From contig OX597828.1 in assembly GCA_951406725.2 (NCBI GenBank), forward strand, positions 19,096,001 to 19,160,000: a stretch of 64,000 nucleotides of DNA. Reading direction: 5' to 3'. This DNA comes from Octopus vulgaris. Its lineage: Eukaryota. Every line of letters begins with the position of its first letter. The first letter of the stretch is position 1. The notes under the pieces were generated by a model that saw nothing but the letters and a program-made list of their open reading frames with translations, searched no databases and had not been told where the DNA came from. Both the position numbers and the translations under genes were made by a program. Positions 1-64,000 of the stretch are shown piece after piece.

Positions 1-173
1 ATTGTAAGGTAGGTGTGAGAGGCTGAATCTGGTTAGTTTGAACAAAGAACAAGTAGAATATTCGAGCCTGGTTTAACCCTTTAGCATATAAACCAGCTAT
101 ATCTGACCAAAATATTCTAACCTCTTTTATGTTTAAACCAGCCAGATTTGGCCTCTCACACCAGCCCTACAAT

Positions 174-550
174 CCTGTAAAATTCTGTTGACTGTTCTTT
201 GAGCCACTTCTTCACTACAGTTTTCACTTCCTCGTCACTGGAATAATGTTTGCTTCTCAAACCCTCTTTCATGGCACCGAAGAGATGATAGTCTGAAGGC
301 GCTAAATCTGGTGAGTTTCGAGGTAGTGAAGCAGTGGCTCAAAGAACATTCAACAGAATTTTACAGGGCAGGGATACATGTTCTCATTTGAAGGTGGAAT
401 ATTGCTATTGAGAGAAACAGTGACTATGTTGAGAAGTATGGATGTGATCCACAAAGGACCATTTTTATTTTGATATATGATACATGTTCCTGTGTTGGTA
501 ATTATACCTGTCCTAAACAAAATGGCATTACTTTTTGACTCACCTTTGTA
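174..550. mobile_element. Rearranged mariner transposon 3' remnant
   Basis: Minus 174-323 translates to PRNSPDLAPSDYHLFGAMKEGLRSKHYSSDEEVKTVVKKWLKEQSTEFYR (mariner SPDLAPSDY motif). Plus 323-550 continues VVKQWLKEHSTEFYRAGIHVLI*RWNIAIERNSDYVEK to a TIR-like end ttactttttgactcacctttgTA. Confidence 0.85.
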
Positions 551-829
551 CATATATAATGTGTGTGTGTGCATGCATGCATGTGTCAGAGAGATGGGCT
601 TCTTCAGTTTCTGTCTACCAGTTTTGCTCACAAGGTCTCAGTTAATTCATAACATTAATATATAGGACATTAACCAACAACATCTGCTCTGTTGGACTGA
701 ACCTATAACCAGTTGCTTCCAAAGCAAACCTCTCAAACTACAGAGCCATACCTGCAACTCTATAAAATCTACTGCTAAAAAAAGGGATTTAAAAAAAAAA
801 AGCTTTAAAAATAGTAAAGCTTTATTACA

Positions 830-1224
830 TCTCTCTCTATATATAAAGGTGAAGTTGTATGTGTATGGCAGGTTTGGTAGCCTTCAACTAACACTATCTC
901 CTCCGAGACCCTGCAGGGCAAGTTGACCAAAATTTAGAGTATGATAGAAGAAGGCTTGCTTTTCCTTCTGTAGAAGAAAAAATTTAAATCAGACCGTGTT
1001 AACACCAAAAATTATTTACATCAAAAAGGTGCTTTTTTTTCTATGAAAATCCCTATTTTTTACGATTTTTTGACTGCTGTGTCTCCATTTTTCGGTGTAT
1101 TTCAACCAGAAAAATGTTCACTTAAAGAGAATAACAAGCTACATAATGCAATATTTTTACTTTTCAAAAATTCCAATTCTAAAGGGTCGAAACAAACCCG
1201 AGCAACGCCGGGCGATACTGCTAG
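830..1224 (+). mobile_element. Non-autonomous Helitron
   Basis: 5' TC preceded by A; 3' hairpin CCCGAGC-AAC-GCCGGG then CTAG followed by T; no TSD; termini shared with 24740-25137. Confidence 0.8.
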
Positions 1225-2453
1225 TTATTAATAAAAGTGGGTGGAGGAAAAACCTTACACGTATTATATGTAGCATTAATTTCAATTATGATTTTGGTGA
1301 AGAAAAAGTGTATGTTATCTATTGAGTATTACGGTACTTAAAAGTTATGATCCATAACCACAAAATTTTTGATATTTTCATTATTTTCTTAACTCTATAA
1401 TGCCTGTTGTTAATAATTCTTAATGCTTCAAATATTACGCTCTTATGGGAAGGAAACAACAAAATTGAAAGCTTGGCTGAGTTCTAAGGATTCTGGATTC
1501 TTTATGTTTAAACAACGTTTATTGCATGAAAGCAATTATAATAGCAGGCGCTGTTGTTGTTACAGAATTATTAACATTTCAATAGTTCATGTGTATGTGT
1601 GTGAGTGATTTATTTCAAACATACGCTCTACCGTTAAATTAGCTGAAAATGGCTGATAAATATTCTTTTTCCTTGCATATTGGTAATTTTGGCTTTCTCT
1701 GATCATCTCATAGAATTCATTTGAAGGAACTCAAGTTATTGTCAATTATTGAGAATAGATGCTTAAAAAGGATTAAAACATAGAATGGTCCCCAAATTAT
1801 GGAATATTCACATTGTTTCGTTTTTGTTTTCTTTGGAAATTAATCAAAGAAAGAGAGAGAGAGGGAGGAGTAATGCTCAAGACCTTTGCCAGTAGTTTTT
1901 CCTCCCAGAATGGTAAGAGAGGTGTGTATGAGGCTCAGATATCTTTGGTGGGGAGGAAAACAAAGTTGTTGGTCAGTTTTATAAAATGTTAACCAACTGG
2001 TCATCTTTAGGGAAAAAATATCTCGAGAAAACAAAGGAAAATTTGGAGGGTTGCTGTTGGTCTATTTATTAATCAACAGATTGTCTTTAGGTGGGGAAAA
2101 AAATCACTTGAGGAGAAAGGAAAATTCAGAGGGTTGCTGTTCAAAGAAGGAGAGGAAGTGTGAAAATAAACTTAGTGTGGGGACCTAGGAAGGGAAATAC
2201 GGTAATGGTAGTGGTGAGTTGGACCCTCAACTCCTGGTGGAATTGGATAGAATTCATTGAGGCAGGTTTCCTATGGCTGACTGCTCATCCTGTCACCCAA
2301 CCCTCCCCTGTTTCTAAGCCCAGAAATGATGTTTTCCTCGTGGTTGGACACGTTTTCACAGAAAACTCGAAACAAATGACACGATTCGTGTGATGGTGAC
2401 TGACACTTGTTTATGACTATCACACAATATCAAAACAGAGACACAAATACATG

Positions 2454-2504
<51 letters not shown>

Positions 2505-2510
2505 TTTTAA

Positions 2511-2705
2511 TTGTTTCAGTCATTTGACTGCGGCCATGCTGGAGCACCGCCTTTAGTCAAGCAAATCGACCCCGGGACTTATTCTTTTTGTAAGCCCAGT
2601 ACTTATTCTATCGGTCTCTTTTTGCCGAACCGCTAAGTGACGGGGACGTAAACACACCAGCATCGGTAGTCAAGCAATGCTAGGGGGACAAACACAGACA
2701 CACAA

Positions 2706-2751
<46 letters not shown>

Positions 2752-2920
2752 GTACGACAGGCTTCTTTCAGTTTCCGTCTACCAAATCCACTCACAAGGC
2801 ATTGGTCGGCCCGGGGCTATAGCAGAAGACACTTGCCCAAGATGCCACACAGTGGGACTGAACCCGGAACCATGTGGTTGGTTAGCAAGCTACTTACCAC
2901 ACAGCCACTCCTGCACCTGC
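2511..2920 (-). mobile_element. tRNA-derived SINE family A (CORE-like block, internal (TA)n)
   Basis: Reverse complement of the copies at 38915, 49991, 53374 and 56318; tRNA-like A/B-box head and a CTTGGGCAAGT CORE-like block. Confidence 0.8.
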
Positions 2921-3398
2921 ATATATATATATGAATAGATGAGTGTATTTTTACCTTGTTAACAATTAACACGGAAAAAATAAATAAATAGTTACCAGGG
3001 TAGCAAAAATCTCACAAGTAAAGATGTTGTAACTCCTTGTTTATAAAGGTAGAAAAAAAGGCAAGGAATTCTGTCTTCTCTGCAATTCTGAGCTATTTTT
3101 CATTATCTTTTCTAAAAATACTCTAGTAAACACTGTTATAGAGCGAGCATACGGATGTAAACTTTGGTAAAAACATACATTTAGTGCATATAAGTAGTCT
3201 CTATCATTATATATAATTTAAACTTTAATTTCCTTTATATTTAACATTCACTATTGGTATCCCTACTCTTTCTATTAGCTACTTATGACGTTATATCATA
3301 TAACGTTTTTTTAAACAATATTAATAGCGTTCTGTCTATCGCTATACAAATCCATCATTTTTTGCTAAAATGTCTTATTGACGAGTTTCGCTTTTTTC

Positions 3399-3485
3399 AC
3401 TTTCCTGAGGAGAAGATTGCATTGTTTATACAAATTTATTCTTTTGAATAGTATCAGTGGAATTTTCGAAACATGTGTCGAAAGT
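3399..3485 (+). ncRNA. Minimal type I hammerhead ribozyme motif (Penelope-like retroelement type)
   Basis: Stem I ACTTTC/GAAAGT; core CTGAGGA 3405-3411; stem II GAAGATT/AATTTTC; GAAA 3468-3471; short stem III with palindromic ACATGT; GTC cleavage triplet ending 3479. Confidence 0.75.
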
Positions 3486-3529
3486 AAAAATATTTGATTA
3501 CACCTGCGTTAAACTCCATTTATTTATTC

Positions 3530-3561
<32 letters not shown>

Positions 3562-4046
3562 ATGTGTGTGTGTATTTATATGTATTTATTGTTTATATAT
3601 ATATTTGTTTTTAAAAACATGTAAATAAGACTAAAATTAACAAAACCTTATGCAGAAGTATTAAAACCTCATTTTTTTTAATATAAAAATTACTAAATTG
3701 GTCAAAAATAATTCTGAAACATAAAAACTTAAGAAAAATATATGATATATATATATATATATATATATATGTAATTATATTAATCAAAAGGACACACTAA
3801 TGTGTCTGTCTGCTGGAAAAGAGATTTAAAACCTTCATTTAGACCACCAGAAAAACTAACACTGAAAATATGAGAATCTGTATATATATATTTGTATAGA
3901 TATTCACTTCTGAATATTTTGCTCCTGATAAACATATTAAAAGGATGATTGAATTTTTCACCAAGTCTGTAAAAGAAAAGATATATATAAAAACACAAAA
4001 GAAGAATAAAAAAAACTAAACCTTTCTTTTCTATTAACTTTTACAG

Positions 4047-61628
<57,582 letters not shown>

Positions 61629-61949
61629 GTACCGTCTATTTTTTCTTCTGTTTTGTTTTGTCTTTGTTTTGTTTTTGTTTTTTTGCCGATGTATTTGTTT
61701 GATGTATCTAGTTTATTTGTTTGTCTGTGTGTGTTTTCCTGAGAGTATGTTATTTTTCTGTTGGTCATACAGAGTTGGCCAAAATTCATCCAACAGTAAA
61801 TCAGAATTCCATAAATACTGTCTGTAATTCTGTATTGACTGGAATGGAAAAATGGTGTTGCTCAAGAAGGACTTCAGTTTGAACAATTTTCATGATGTTT
61901 CATATTGAGATGATTTTATTAAATTCATTGAAATCGAAATCAAATTTGA

Positions 61950-62410
61950 TGACTAGGATTCGTGCTAGTGGAGGGCTAAGAGCACCATCCAAGTATGATC
62001 GTTACCAGAGCAGCTGACTGGCCTCTGTGCCGGTGGCACGTAAAAAGCACCATTTGAGCGTGAACTTTACCAGCGTCGCCTTACTGGCACATGAAAAAAC
62101 ATTCGAGCAAGTGCTGTCAGTGTGAGCGTTGCCAGTGCTGCTGGACTGGCTCCTATGCAGGTGGCACATAAAAACACCATTTGAGCATGGCCATTGCCAG
62201 TACCGCCTGACTGGCCCTAGTGCCAACGGCACATAAAAGCACCCACTACACACTCGGGTGGTTGGCATTAGGAAGGGTATCCAGCTGTAGAAACTCTGCC
62301 AGATCAGATTGGAGCCTGGTGCAGCCATCTGGTTCGCCAGTCCTCAGTCAAATCATCCAACCCATGCTAGCATGGAAAGCAGACGTTAAACGATGATGAT
62401 GATAATGATG
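61950..62410 (+). mobile_element. Short retroposon family C (other subfamily)
   Basis: Same 3' end and (GAT)n tail. Shorter copies near 4504, 6478, 9355, 31030 and 54289. Confidence 0.75.
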
Positions 62411-62524
62411 ATTCAGTTGTTAAACATAAATAAATATTGGAATTAAATGGTTTTGATTTACTGTCAGGTGACTTTTGGCCAACCCTGTATGTGTGCACGT
62501 GAGTGACAATATAAGGATGTGTTA

Positions 62525-62740
62525 AAGGTGGCGAGCTGACAGAAACATTAGCACACCAGGCAAAATGCTTAACAGTATTTCGTCTGTTTCTACATTCTGA
62601 GTTCAAATTCTGCCAAGGTCGACTTTGCTTTTCATCCTTTCAGGGTCAATAAATTAAGAACCAGTTGTGTACTGGGGGTCAATCTAATTGACTGGCCCCC
62701 TCCCCAAAAATTTTGGGCCTTGTGCCTAGAGTAGAAAAGA
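62525..62740 (+). mobile_element. SINE family B monomer
   Basis: Family similarity. Confidence 0.8.
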
Positions 62741-64000
62741 AAAGTATAAGAATGTGTAGGTTATATGAGTAACATATGAATGTTTGTTTGTGTGAGACCA
62801 AGGGGTCTAGTAGCTTGGGTATTGCCCTAATGTTCGCAAGATCTTGGGTTCAGTTCCTGGGGCATTCCTTCTTTTGCCAAAACACTTTATCTTGTGTTGC
62901 TCTGAAATCACTTTATCAATCAACATGTGGTACACCATGTACCTGTACAGGTATTGCTGATTTCATGGAGCAGGTGAGGTTATATGCTGCACAAACTATA
63001 AGCAACTCATTCTTGCAGAGTGTTCAGCAAGAAGTCGCAAAACTGCCTTTCTCAGGCCTGAAAAACTATGAAGACATAAGAAGCAGATGGAATGGTCTCA
63101 GTAGGAATGTCTTTCATCACTAATCTTCTCAATTACATAGCTGGCTTAGGACCAAACAACAACAACAACAATAGCAACTGCTATAATTCTTTCACATGGG
63201 TCAGTTAATGAATTTGTATAGTTTTTAATCATGTCTCTAACAAACTTTTTTGTTAATTCATCACCTATAGTCTTTAGGATAATATAATTAAATAGTTTGT
63301 CTTAATTAAAGTATAATGCATACAGCGTTCCAATACTACTGATATCAATTATGCTTCATCTTAGGGGAAAAGGCATAGTCATTACATCATCCCCCAGTAT
63401 ATGACTGGTACTTTATTTTATGGTCCCTGACAGGACGAAAGATGAGGTTGACCCTAGCAGGATTTGAACTCAGAACATAAGCCACTTGGACAAATAATGC
63501 AAAGCACTTTTCTGATGCTCTAACAAAGCTGCAAACTCACCACCTTAAGGGAAACTACAATAAAAAGAACTTACAAGCAACAAAGAAGACATCCACATGG
63601 TTGCTTTGGGTGCTAGAAATACCAGCTAAATCAACCTCAAATCTCTTGCTTTATCTTAAACCAGAGAGATAGATTAGATATACTATTTGAAACAGCTGGA
63701 GTGGCCTTAGCTGGAATGTATTTTTTCTCAAACTTAAGAGACTACCGTTAGTTAATCTATCTTTATGTGGATGAAACATAATAGGAACTCTGTATGCATT
63801 ATACTTTATTAAGACAGACTATTTAATTATATTATCCTAAAGACTATAGGTGATGAATTAACAAAAAATTACATCGTTAGAGATATGATTAAAAACTATA
63901 CAAATACATTAACTGACCCATGGTCTCTGAAACTCAGTGTCCAGTAATTGTTGTTCTCCATGCTGGGACCATCTCCAGCGAAACCAGTGACTGTTCTGAC

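Overview
Eukaryotic, AT-rich, microsatellite- and SINE-dense genomic DNA. The repeat families look like those of an octopod cephalopod (inference). The window lies inside one large + strand gene. Fifteen internal GT-AG exons (2048 nt, 682 codons + 2 nt, phases fully compatible) encode the ectodomain of a plexin: end of Sema, three PSI domains, intervening TIG/IPT domains and the start of the IPT array. Start and stop codons lie outside the window. Almost every listed ORF is a microsatellite or SINE artefact. Introns hold several SINE/short-retroposon families, two Helitrons with shared ends but different interiors, mariner, hAT and piggyBac-like remnants, two Dong/R4-type LINE ends in (TAA)n tracts, an internally deleted RTE, and a truncated Gypsy LTR-PBS-gag. 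Most notable: (1) an intact-looking minimal type I hammerhead ribozyme at 3399-3485, plus several decayed Penelope-type hammerhead motifs; (2) a 141-nt hairpin with strongly strand-biased mismatches just upstream of an exon; (3) a U2 snRNA fragment captured inverted inside a retroposon insertion; (4) an inverted pair of young retroposons bracketing exons 7-11; (5) several short local duplications, one copying a splice donor.
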